DNA of 61,705 bases, the filler included, from Bdellovibrionota bacterium (GTDB lineage Bacteria; Bdellovibrionota; Bdellovibrionia; Bdellovibrionales; JAEYZS01), in the NCBI GenBank assembly GCA_963169515.1. It is 8 parts of 8 records of this genome, joined end to end, with 100 filler letters (N's around TTAATTAATTAA, not from the genome) between each part and the next. Parts side by side here need not be neighbours in the genome. Positions count along the whole stretch, not along the records: positions 48,005 to 57,804 come from CAUJEF010000020.1; positions 57,905 to 61,705 come from CAUJEF010000022.1; 6 more parts are not named here. One strand, 5' to 3'. The stretch's first letter is position 1. The number at the start of each line of letters is the position of its first letter. This document shows positions 52,595 to 61,389 of the stretch, one piece after another. The position numbers and the translations under genes were made by a program. The notes beneath the pieces are model-generated. The model had not been told where the DNA came from, did not search any database, and saw nothing but the letters and a program-made list of their open reading frames with translations.

Positions 52595-54066
52595 TTAGTG
52601 ATCTCCTTACCAACGATGTCACCTGGTTGCATATACTTTTCAAAGGTGTCTTTGTAGAAATACACAAAAATGTCATCCATATGATGGCGCAGCCGCATTT
52701 GATATTTTAAATATTTCCCCTGGAGCTTACTTTCCAGAAGGTCTTTGCGACTTCGGTCCACAACAAAGAAAGCGACATTTTTCATATCAATATTTTCGAA
52801 TCCGTATTTGATATTTGGAAATTTTTGAAATTGCCAATTGAGTGGCCAAGGGCTTTCCATTTGAATCACGAAAGTCATATTTTTCATCTCGGGTTTATCG
52901 TGAATTAATTTTTCAACAGGCTTAGTAATTCTATAGTAATCTTTCGTGGTGTGAACATAGACATACATTTCGTCATTTGACGTATAATTCACATAATTCA
53001 CATTAACGAGTTGATAGACTTGATAAATCAAAATAATTGGAACCAGGAATACCGAAGTCCATTTGATCCACGATTGCCCCTTATCTATAACCATTCCAAA
53101 TAAAAAAGGTGCAAATGCAAATACACTAATAGAGCACCACGGGGTCTTGTAACGAATAAGAGAATAGACAATCAAAGTCCCGACAAAATTAATATAGAAA
53201 TAATTTATCCACGCATTTTTTTTGAAAAAATAAATAAATCCAAAAAGTAGACTAAACAAAACCCAAGGTTCATATCGTATGGCGATTTGAAGCCAATAAT
53301 ACCAATCCTTTTCATGCCCCATCCCTTTTGTGCCAGTTTGCATCCACGGCAGGAAACCTTTGAAAAAATCCGTGAATTGATCAACCTGAAGTCCAAAACC
53401 GGAATAGACGATAAAGATCGCTATCAATACCCAGGTAAGACCGATAAACACGTCCTCAGTTGTTGGAAAGTTTGCTTTGTTAAACTCTTTTGGAAATTTC
53501 CACAATAGATAACCAAGGCTCAAAGCCCAGACAAAGAAGTGAATGACGGCCGTTTCTTTATTTAAGAGCGCAAGCGCAATACCTGCAAAAACCCAAAACT
53601 GCGACCAAAAATCTTTTTTGTGAAACCAGCGCATAAAGCCATAGTTCACAAGCACCAAAGAAAATGGAAGCCATGCTTCGTGTATCGCATATCGCCCCAT
53701 GAACATAGCGCCTGGACTTAATGCAATAACAAGCGCAGCCCAAATCGCCGCACGCCCAATAAATTCTCTATGTAAAAGAGTCACAAAAACCGTCAACACG
53801 GAAAGCGTTGCCGTAACCATGCGAAAACTTCCGATGCTACGGCCAAAGAGAACTTCAAACATTTGTAGAAAATAAAAATGCAACGGGCCGTGATAGTTTG
53901 TCGGGTCATAGTCGTAAAAACCCTTGGCCCACATCTGGTCTACAAAAAAACCGTTTATACCCTCGTCAAAATGGGGCGGTCGCAGCTCGATAAAAAGGAA
54001 GCGTGTCAAAAATGTAACAGCAAGAATAGCGTAAACATACCACTCTTGCTTAAGATTTTTCTTCAT
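52591..54066 (-). CDS. GT-C fold glycosyltransferase (PMT-like; TIGR03663/Agl23-like)
   Basis: HFDEG acidic loop motif, YDPTNYHGPL, RYAIHE, KET, YKTPW; many TM segments. Confidence 0.8.
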   Translation of the reverse strand: MKKNLKQEWYVYAILAVTFLTRFLFIELRPPHFDEGINGFFVDQMWAKGFYDYDPTNYHGPLHFYFLQMFEVLFGRSIGSFRMVTATLSVLTVFVTLLHREFIGRAAIWAALVIALSPGAMFMGRYAIHEAWLPFSLVLVNYGFMRWFHKKDFWSQFWVFAGIALALLNKETAVIHFFVWALSLGYLLWKFPKEFNKANFPTTEDVFIGLTWVLIAIFIVYSGFGLQVDQFTDFFKGFLPWMQTGTKGMGHEKDWYYWLQIAIRYEPWVLFSLLFGFIYFFKKNAWINYFYINFVGTLIVYSLIRYKTPWCSISVFAFAPFLFGMVIDKGQSWIKWTSVFLVPIILIYQVYQLVNVNYVNYTSNDEMYVYVHTTKDYYRITKPVEKLIHDKPEMKNMTFVIQMESPWPLNWQFQKFPNIKYGFENIDMKNVAFFVVDRSRKDLLESKLQGKYLKYQMRLRHHMDDIFVYFYKDTFEKYMQPGDIVGKEITK

Positions 54067-55960
54067 AGACTGAAATCGCCTTCTGTAGCAGTTTCTTAAT
54101 GTCTTTTAAATTCTGATCTAACATCCTTGGGTCTTGTAATTCCGCAAGTGCGGCTTCTGGCGCAAAAGCTAATTTTTCAAAATATTTTATCGATTCCGAT
54201 AGCGAGCCATTCAATTCCTTTTTTACGCTCGGTGGGGTGGCGTTGAGCAATTGATCGATTGAATCATTATCTGTTTCCAAACTACTCATTTGATTTAATA
54301 TGTAATACACCGTGTTCACTGTCTGGGCCCCGATCTTTCGAATTTCTTTCTTCGGTGATAATTTTGAAATTTCACCAAAGCGCGACGCCAAAACCATCGT
54401 CAATGTCTTTTTCACTTCGCTTCGCCCCAATGTCCTGACAGTTGCAATACCCATGTAAAGAATAAAAACGGCAAAGATCGTAGCCCATAACATATATTTG
54501 TATTTGTTGAGCGTCTGCCAAACGTCTTCACGGTAAACAAGCCCTGGCAATTCGAGCACGCGGGGCTGGTCCACTTTCCGTTCCGATTCTTTTAGGCGTT
54601 CGGGCTCCTCAGAACCCTGATTTCGGCCTTCTGTAATTTTAAAATTTAATGGGCTTGAGTGGGTAGTTACGTATCTTTTTGATTGGGTATCGAAATACGA
54701 AAACTCAAACGGCGGAACAGTCAAATCACCTTTCGCCCGCGGAACCAAAAACAATTCAAATTCTTTGTAGCTTCGGCCATCAGGGAAAAATTTGGATTCA
54801 TTTTTTGCATCGAATTGCTCGACTGTATCCGGAAGCGTTAACGTCGGCGCTTCGATGACCTTTGCATTCCCGCGCCCCTCATAACGAACTTTGATACTGA
54901 ACGGCTCATTCGCGGGAACGGTATTTTTCTCGGCTGTGACTTTCATCTGAAAATTTCCTACGGCCCCGGTAAAGCTTTTCGGTTTATCTATCGGCAATGG
55001 AAGGACCGTAATCTTTATCGGTTGGCTGGCTTTAGTGAACGTGTATGGCTGCCCAAAAAAACTTCCAAAAGTATTCCGAACAAGGACCGTGCAGCGTGCT
55101 TTGTATTGATCTATCGTGGCCGTACCGGCTTTCAATGGAAATAATGCATAAGACGCAAGCAACGCTTTACGATAAGCAATTCCGTTAATAACCTCTGTTG
55201 TGAAATTCAAATTGGTAACAACTTCAATGTCTTCTTTCCAAAATCCAGTGAGGCTTGGGTATTTCAGCGTATCGATATTTCGAATATCTTCTTTGGTGTA
55301 CAGATACCAACTGGCGGTGACTTGCTCACCTTCATAGGCTTTTTCTTTATCCGCTTCCGCCTGTATAAAAAAGGCCTCATTTGGATTAATTGGCTGAGTG
55401 CCCGCGCGTGGAGCGATTTGTCCACGACGTTGTAATAACTGATCGAAAAGCTCATCTTCAGCCTCACCAGGACCAACGTAATCTTCCTGTTCATCATCGG
55501 CAAAAGGATCTGGGCGCTTGGGCTGCTGCTGGCGCGGCGCTTGTCGTGGAGCTACAGAGCCTGCATTGTCGACCGTAATCGTAATGGGTTTGGTAGAATG
55601 AGTCTGTCCCCCGACAACGACGTCAATGCCGCCTATTGTAATTTTACCCGTTCTCTCTGGGGATAAGACAAAGCTATAAGTTTGCGTGCGAACAAATTGA
55701 AAACTTCCGTTTGAAAATATGCTTCGCGAACTCATAGAGCTTGTTCGATTTACAAGCTGCAAGCCCTGAATATCAGGTAATCGTGGTTCACCAATGGAAC
55801 TGCTGTCACCTGTTGTAACGCTTACACTTAAGACAAATGAATCACCCAGCGGCAATTCGTTGCGATCCACGGTCGCCTGCACCTGGACTTCCGCAGATGC
55901 AGCGACGCCGATGCTTAGAAAAAATATTATGTTAAAAATTATTTTACCAATCTTTTCCAA
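54050..55960 (-). CDS. batD: BatD-family protein
   Basis: Repeated Ig-like modules (VQATVDRN..., AYEGEQV...GFWKE, FTGAVGNF), C-terminal TM segment, bat context. Confidence 0.85.
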   Translation of the reverse strand: MEKIGKIIFNIIFFLSIGVAASAEVQVQATVDRNELPLGDSFVLSVSVTTGDSSSIGEPRLPDIQGLQLVNRTSSMSSRSIFSNGSFQFVRTQTYSFVLSPERTGKITIGGIDVVVGGQTHSTKPITITVDNAGSVAPRQAPRQQQPKRPDPFADDEQEDYVGPGEAEDELFDQLLQRRGQIAPRAGTQPINPNEAFFIQAEADKEKAYEGEQVTASWYLYTKEDIRNIDTLKYPSLTGFWKEDIEVVTNLNFTTEVINGIAYRKALLASYALFPLKAGTATIDQYKARCTVLVRNTFGSFFGQPYTFTKASQPIKITVLPLPIDKPKSFTGAVGNFQMKVTAEKNTVPANEPFSIKVRYEGRGNAKVIEAPTLTLPDTVEQFDAKNESKFFPDGRSYKEFELFLVPRAKGDLTVPPFEFSYFDTQSKRYVTTHSSPLNFKITEGRNQGSEEPERLKESERKVDQPRVLELPGLVYREDVWQTLNKYKYMLWATIFAVFILYMGIATVRTLGRSEVKKTLTMVLASRFGEISKLSPKKEIRKIGAQTVNTVYYILNQMSSLETDNDSIDQLLNATPPSVKKELNGSLSESIKYFEKLAFAPEAALAELQDPRMLDQNLKDIKKLLQKAISVYEEKS

Positions 55961-56627
55961 CTTTACGTTCCTTCGGCTTTCGGTCTAAAAGTTTACCACG
56001 TATTTTGTCATCTTGTCTTTGCACTTCTTCAAATATCCTTTTTACGTCTTGCGGGGTAAGGGCTTTACTTTCGAATTGTTGCGGCCTCTTTGACTGCTGC
56101 GATTGCTTTTGGCCTTGGTTCGGATTTTCCTTGTCCTTGTCTCCTTGTCCTTCGGACTGCTCTTGGCTGTTTCCCCCCTGGCTCTTAGACTGCTCACCCT
56201 TTTTACCACCTCCACCGCCACCTTGTTTCATCAGCAATTCGATATTTGTTTTTGTTTCGACAGAATCAGGGTAAATCTCTAGAGCTGCCTGGTAATTTTG
56301 CAACGCTTGAGCTACTTCCTTTTTTTCACCGTATAAGCGAGCTGCGTTAAAGAGCGACTGAAATTTTAATTCACTGTTTTTGGAAAGTTTTGAGGCCGCC
56401 TGATATTCTTTGATAGCATCGTCAAAATTTTCATTCTTTTCATATGTCTGCGCCAAGTTATAATGAAATTCGCCACGAAGCGCATTATTCACAACAGAAG
56501 TCTGAAGTTTTTTTTGCGCTTCTAATGTTCGATCCTTTTCAATCAATTTAACGGCAGAATTATTTTCTCGAACCGTAACCGGATCATCCGCATAAACAAA
56601 AGTCACAAGGAAAATAAAACTAAGCAT
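55944..56627 (-). CDS. batC: BatC-like TPR protein with Gln/Gly-rich tail
   Basis: TPR repeats (HYNLAQ, FNAARL, ETKTNIEL), low-complexity linker, terminal KDW. Confidence 0.8.
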   Translation of the reverse strand: MLSFIFLVTFVYADDPVTVRENNSAVKLIEKDRTLEAQKKLQTSVVNNALRGEFHYNLAQTYEKNENFDDAIKEYQAASKLSKNSELKFQSLFNAARLYGEKKEVAQALQNYQAALEIYPDSVETKTNIELLMKQGGGGGGKKGEQSKSQGGNSQEQSEGQGDKDKENPNQGQKQSQQSKRPQQFESKALTPQDVKRIFEEVQRQDDKIRGKLLDRKPKERKVGKDW

Positions 56628-57690
56628 CTTTCATCATTTCCGTTCTATAGATTTGTACCAAATTCTCAACTTTTTTGCGCTCGCCCAGCGCAAACTCCAA
56701 CAGTGCAATCAGAAACGCCGCTAATAAAATGGGCTGATAGCGTTCGTTGTAATTACTTACAGTTTCAGTTTCGAAATCAGATTTTTCAAGCTTGTTGAGA
56801 TCTTCTTCTATCTGGCCAACCTCTGTTCCTGAAAACGTCGCGTGGTAGTATCCGCCACCGCCGGCCCTCCCTAAGTCACGCAAAAAATTGTCGTTTACGC
56901 GCGACAAATGGGTCTCGCCATCGTCTCCCTTTTTGTAGCCCCTCAAATTTCCAGATTCGTCGCGCATCGGAATTGGCGCGCCCGCGTCGGTGCCAACACC
57001 AACTGCAAAGATACGAATGTTTTGTGATGCAAGGTCTTTTGCCTTTTCCAAAGCCTTTCCCTCGGTTTCTTCTCCGTCAGAAAAGATAATCATAACCCGC
57101 GTTACTTTTTCTGTTTCTGTATCGTCGACGCCACCACGCTTGAAAGCGCCAAGGCCATTTGCCAGTGTGTCACGGATATTTGTCCCCTGAGTGCTGACGG
57201 AATCGGTTGATAGGGACCCCACAAACATACGAATAGCAGAATAATCCGTTGTAAGCGGCGATATGAGTATGGGGCTTCCAGCAAATGCAATCAACCCCAC
57301 TCGATGTCCCGACATACGCTCTAATAAGCGATCGACTGTTCGTTTGACAAGCGCTAGTCTGTTTGGCTTTGCGTCTTCAGCCATCATACTGTTGGATACA
57401 TCGATCGCAAAAACCATTTCGATCCCTTGAACTTTGACCTTTTCTGTCTTTTGTCCAAACTGAGGCCGTGCGAGTGCAACAAGCAGCAACAACATGACCA
57501 AAACTTGAAAAAACAACTTCCATCCACGACGGCGACTTGAAACGCTTAAAGTTAATATCGAGATTAATCTAGGATGAATATACCTTTTCATTAGGCGGCG
57601 CGTACGAGCCCAGGCAAACAAAGTTAAGCCTAACACCGCGAACACAAGAACGAATTAAAACCAATACTCTGCGGATTGAAAGAGGAACAT
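56620..57690 (-). CDS. batB: BatB-like VWA-domain protein with an in-frame TAA at codon 12 (57655-57657)
   Basis: ALARPQFG, MIDAS DVSNSM, SPLTTD, GTN, FSDGE. ATG at 57690 has a GAGGAGG RBS and a TAATG overlap with the upstream gene; it reads MFLFQSAEYWF*FVLVFAV. Confidence 0.85.
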
Positions 57691-57804
57691 TATGGCGCCC
57701 TCCTCAAGAAGGTTGTTCCAAGAGCGAGCGAAACAAAATACAACCACAGGGCCGCAAAAACATATATATGAAAATATTAAGTGTAGCTTTTGAACTGATT
57801 CACT
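57690..57804 (-). CDS. 3' end of a BatA-like VWA gene, containing an in-frame TAA (57777-57779)
   Basis: VNQFKSYT*YFHIYVFAALWLYFVSLALGTTFLRRAP*; a TM helix plus an RRxP end directly upstream of batB. Confidence 0.6.
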
Positions 57805-57904
57805 NNNNNNNNNNNNNNNNNNNNNNNNNNNNNNNNNNNNNNNNNNNNTTAATTAATTAANNNNNNNNNNNNNNNNNNNNNNNNNNNNNNNNNNNNNNNN
57901 NNNN
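57805..57904. other. Artificial contig-join spacer
   Basis: N44-TTAATTAATTAA-N44. Confidence 0.99.
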
Positions 57905-57905
57905 A

Positions 57906-58771
57906 GAGCGTGTTTAAAAATTTTGTAGTTCAAGCCAGTTTATTTTCGAAATTACCATTGAAATATTGGCTATGAACAAAAAAGATTGTGCGTTTTTCGG
58001 GTCTCGTTCGTAGTCCATGACCACCCGTCTGAAGAAGTTTAGCCATGCGAAGGTTCTTTCGACCACCCATCGTTTGGCCTCTACGACAAACCCTCGGGCA
58101 CCGTCTTCGCGTTGGGGAACCTCGAATGACACCTCAAGTTTCTCTACGGCCAGCGCAAAGGTTCCTCGGTACGATTGGTCTGCCATGATTTTTTTCAGGC
58201 GAGGCATTTCTTCCGACACGCACGCCAGCAAACCAACGCCCTCGGGACTATCATGTTTGTTGGCGGCATGTACCTCTGCCTTCCAAATACGCCCCTTCAC
58301 ATCAACGAGTATCTGACGTTTCCGTCCGTTTATCTTTTTGTTCCCGTCCAGTCCACGCTCGACCCCAATCCTTGGAGACAACTTAACACTTTGAGAATCA
58401 ACAAGCCCCAGACTGGGGGTTGCCTCTCGATCTTCCTGGATGCGCTCTACCGTGTTCAAGGATTGGCAGATCAACTCCCATGTCCCGTCTCGTCCCCATT
58501 TGACAAAGTAGTAGTGGACAGATTCCCAAGCGGGAAATTCCGTACTCAGGTTTCTCCACTGACTGCCGGTTCGGGTAATCCAAAATATGGCATCCAAAAT
58601 TTCCCGAAGATCGTGCTTGCGTTTTCTTTGCCAATTAAAAAATTGTTTGATAATTTGCCACTGGTCATCGGTGAGCCGTTCAAATCGCGGTTGCATATCT
58701 CATAAGTTTGGTCACTTACAAGATACGCCGATGGCCACTTTTGGATTAAACAAAAAATTTTAAACACGCTC
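57906..58771 (-). mobile_element. IS5-family insertion sequence (IS1031-like), about 866 bp
   Basis: Terminal inverted repeats GAGCGTGTTTAAAA (57906-57919) and TTTTAAACACGCTC (58758-58771). Flanked by TTA on the right and A at 57905 on the left, consistent with a 3-bp TNA target duplication. Confidence 0.92.
57914..58696 (-). CDS. IS5-family DDE transposase
   Basis: LTDDQW, RTGSQWRNL, VDSQSVK, KKINGRKR, ADQSYRG, RWVVERTFAWL; single intact frame whose stop lies inside the inverted repeat. Confidence 0.95.
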   Translation of the reverse strand: MQPRFERLTDDQWQIIKQFFNWQRKRKHDLREILDAIFWITRTGSQWRNLSTEFPAWESVHYYFVKWGRDGTWELICQSLNTVERIQEDREATPSLGLVDSQSVKLSPRIGVERGLDGNKKINGRKRQILVDVKGRIWKAEVHAANKHDSPEGVGLLACVSEEMPRLKKIMADQSYRGTFALAVEKLEVSFEVPQREDGARGFVVEAKRWVVERTFAWLNFFRRVVMDYERDPKNAQSFLFIANISMVISKINWLELQNF

Positions 58772-59314
58772 TTAATGTCCAATGGATATTACTATGACAG
58801 GAGAAAAAATTATCACAAAAACCAAGGTAGACCAATCAAAAAAATAGTGAGTATTCCTTATCTGGCTCAAATAATTATGTCCTTATTACACCAAAAGCCT
58901 GACTACGCCAGAGCTAGACCCTCGACATTAATAAAGAATAACGTTGATTATGAAGATATTTTTAATCTTGAATTTCCAATATCAATATATTTAAAAGCTA
59001 TTCAGCTACATACGAAGGTCGAAGAAGCGCTGAGAGCATACAACAGCCCTCAACTTAGTCGAACACATATAGGCGATATCAGATTTCACGTTTCAATGTA
59101 CTTAGCTGCACGCATAGGAGGTAAGACAAAAATAAGTCGAACTGACCTTGAATATCTTGATTTAGGGCAGGTTACACAGGAACTTATGAATGAAGCGATT
59201 GAAACAGTGTTTATTGTTTATGAGGCCATGGGAGGGAATAACTCTGTGGCAAAAGGGAGGGAATTCGTAAAGGAAGTGATCGAGCAATTGCAAGAAAAAA
59301 TATCAAAAGGATAA
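58772..59314 (+). pseudogene. C-terminal remnant of an AIPR-family (abortive infection-associated) protein, interrupted by the IS5 element
   Basis: GYYYDRRKNYHKNQG...VSIPYLAQ...KPDYARARPSTLIK...YEDIF resembles the distal AIPR region (recognised by eye). The frame begins exactly at the IS flank (TTA ATG). Confidence 0.7.
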
Positions 59315-59388
59315 CTCTCTGCTGTCGCCATGCCTAAGCATCAGCACTGCGGCATTAGTCACGTTGGGCACAAGAAAAATAGAAAAAC

Positions 59389-59853
59389 ATGGAGTATTTA
59401 GATGTGACATTAGACCTTGGCGTAATATTGATTTTCATTGGTCTTTTCTTTGTTTTTATCTCATTAATTTATGGAGGTATAAGTATCAATAATATTGGCA
59501 CTGCAAATATTAATGCGTCAGAAAAAACTCGAAATTTCATTCGCATGTTTGGAATAATAATTTTTGCAACAGGCATCATAACTCATTTCAATATTTTTGA
59601 CATAAATGAAAAATTTGATTATGAAGAAGTAGTTGTAACTGCTGAAAGAAGCGGTTTTTTAGCTCTTAAAGAAAAGCCGCATATAAGTGCAATTAAAATA
59701 TATGAAATTTCCAACGGTGAGACTATCACTATTTTTGATTGCAAATGGAAAGTTGCGCGGGATAACTATAATGAACCCGGACACTGGTGTCGTTGTAACT
59801 ACAAAAACATGCAAGGTTGGGTTTTTGACAGATATGTAATCAGAAAAAATTAA
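59389..59853 (+). CDS. Two-TM membrane protein with C-terminal SH3b-like domain
   Basis: Two hydrophobic helices, then FLALKEKP...ISNGETI...WCRCNY...GWVFDRYV. Confidence 0.7.
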   Translation: MEYLDVTLDLGVILIFIGLFFVFISLIYGGISINNIGTANINASEKTRNFIRMFGIIIFATGIITHFNIFDINEKFDYEEVVVTAERSGFLALKEKPHISAIKIYEISNGETITIFDCKWKVARDNYNEPGHWCRCNYKNMQGWVFDRYVIRKN

Positions 59854-60290
59854 TTAACTATAGTTTTTATGACGTATCGATTGCCCGCTGGCACTATTTC
59901 TTTGTCTTCCGACAACACTCTAAAGCACATCTTTTAACGAAAACCCACACACTCGAACAGCGTAGTTGTATCCATACCTGCCATTTTTATGTGCAAATCC
60001 TCTTTTTTCACATTTTTTACGCTCCCCGCTGGCGCAAGGTCTTCATCGTTCGTCAAATAATTAAAAAACACCATCGCTGGTTACCGCTGGCGCAGAGTCT
60101 TCTAATTTATCTCAATAAATTAAAAAAACACCACCGCTGGTAGCATGGTCTCAGTACCTGCTACCACTATCTGTTTGTCTCCAGACAACTTATTGAAAAA
60201 CACTTTTTTACATCAAAAACATCACTCGACGCCACGGCCCGCCGGCACAAAATCTTCATCCGAACGCATACGAAAGATCAGGAAAATTCG

Positions 60291-60298
60291 TAAATTTG
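60291..60298 (+). promoter_or_regulatory. Bacteroidota-type -7 promoter element
   Basis: TAAATTTG matches TAnnTTTG, 24 nt before the antitoxin ATG. Confidence 0.55.
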
Positions 60299-60321
60299 CA
60301 ATCGATATTAAAACCTGAAAC

Positions 60322-60543
60322 ATGTTGAACACAATAGAAATAGACAGAAGCAACCTGACCATAATGGGGGTTAAATTTTCCGACTTGAAAACATTGGAAA
60401 GCACAGCGAATGCTTTAGGGAGCAATATGTTTGAAGGTTTTATTCCAACACCGAAAGGAATTGAAATAATACGCGACTATGTGACGGGGAAAATTTCATT
60501 GAGTGAATTGCTGACATTTACTAAAGAAAAAGCCTATGTCTGA
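60322..60543 (+). CDS. VbhA-family antitoxin
   Basis: 73 aa; inhibitory (S/T)xxxE(G/N) motif SNMFEG; YVTGKISLSEL; overlaps the start of a Fic-like ORF. Confidence 0.85.
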   Translation: MLNTIEIDRSNLTIMGVKFSDLKTLESTANALGSNMFEGFIPTPKGIEIIRDYVTGKISLSELLTFTKEKAYV

Positions 60544-60619
60544 CGCTTATAAATATATAGACCCTGACTACTCTTATACTGATCCTGAAACAGGACTATT
60601 AAGAAATTTACAAGACATC
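60536..60619 (+). pseudogene. N-terminal fragment of a Fic-family toxin
   Basis: MSDAYKYIDPDYSYTDPETGLLRNLQDI matches the YxxPxTGxLxN start of class I Fic proteins. The frame then reads into repeat sequence up to 60763 with no HPFxxGNGR motif. Confidence 0.75.
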
Positions 60620-60794
60620 CCCGCTGGCACAAGGTCTTCATTGTTCGTCAAACAATTAAAAAACACCATCGCTGCTTTCCACGTGCGCTACTGCTGGTGC
60701 GATATGCAGTCGCCCAACATACTGTCGAACGTCCTTAAAGAGGGCGATTACACCTCGCTTTAAGTTGTGTGTTTTCTCATTCCCCAAAAAAGCT

Positions 60795-60802
60795 TATATT
60801 TG
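60795..60802 (+). promoter_or_regulatory. Bacteroidota-type -7 promoter element
   Basis: TATATTTG matches TAnnTTTG, 22 nt before the DUF4240 ATG. Confidence 0.55.
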
Positions 60803-60823
60803 CATCAATAAAACTGTTTTGAC

Positions 60824-61387
60824 ATGGCAACGGTACTAAAAGTCAGCATAAATGATCTGAATAGCCAATTTTTCTACGACTTAGGTCAACAAATTTCAGA
60901 TACCGACGAGATCGAAATTCGGATACCTGAAAAAAAATCAAAGATCGAGATTTTTTCAGATGCCGACTTTTGGCAGGTTATCAGCCTTTTTGATTGGTCG
61001 AAGGAAGCATCAGACGAGATTATGGCCCCTGCGATTAAGGAATTAGCGGGTATGCCGGTAGTTAATATCTATCTTTTCGCCGACAAATTATCCGAAAAAT
61101 TGTACCAGTTGGACACTCGTTTGCATGGCGAAGCGTATTTAAAGAACGAAAGCGACGACTACTTATCGGTTGATGACTTCCTGTATATCAGGTGTGCTGT
61201 CGTTGCAGAAGGGAAAGCATATTTTGACAAGGTACTTGCAAATCCGTCCGAATTTCCTGCCGACCTTAGTTTTGAACCTATATTAAATCTACCTGACCAG
61301 GCCTACGAGCTTAAAACCGGAAGGACATTTGATTATTTTCCTACGCTTAGTTATGAGACTTACAGCAATAAAAAAGCTTGGGATTAA
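60824..61387 (+). CDS. DUF4240-domain protein
   Basis: FWQVI, LYQLDT, SVDDFLYIRCAVVAEGKAYFDKVLANP, AYELKTG; strongly acidic. Confidence 0.8.
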   Translation: MATVLKVSINDLNSQFFYDLGQQISDTDEIEIRIPEKKSKIEIFSDADFWQVISLFDWSKEASDEIMAPAIKELAGMPVVNIYLFADKLSEKLYQLDTRLHGEAYLKNESDDYLSVDDFLYIRCAVVAEGKAYFDKVLANPSEFPADLSFEPILNLPDQAYELKTGRTFDYFPTLSYETYSNKKAWD

Positions 61388-61389
61388 TT

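Larger units (their letters stand above)
59884..60674 (+). repeat. Family of CCCGCTGGC-headed intergenic direct repeats
   Basis: 55-bp unit at 60025-60079 and 60620-60674 (52/55 identical), degenerate tandem copy at 60084-60140, partial copy at 60238-60260. A second unit type at about 59884-59956 and 60157-60229 has a TTGTC...GACAA hairpin. Confidence 0.85.

Noticed and set aside
51722..57779. Genome-wide recoding of TAA
   Set aside because: TAA ends batA, batC and batD on the same contig, and eno, secF and others elsewhere, at the expected positions.
12771..57904. Recurring TTAATTAATTAA flanked by N runs as a biological repeat, and gene adjacencies across these points
   Set aside because: The identical 100-nt design with stops in all frames is an artificial joiner. 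ORF ends containing X and synteny across spacers are meaningless.
58175..58705. 176-aa plus-strand ORF and other antisense or shadow ORFs in the track (e.g. 483-698, 19399-19896, 25259-25651, 27746-28105)
   Set aside because: They overlap well-supported genes on another frame or strand and have no recognisable motifs.
59884..60674. CRISPR array
   Set aside because: Units are 55-75 bp, of two types, irregularly spaced and without unique spacers; no cas genes are present.
60536..60763. 75-aa ORF as a real complete protein
   Set aside because: After codon 28 it is translated repeat and intergenic sequence; treated as a Fic pseudogene.
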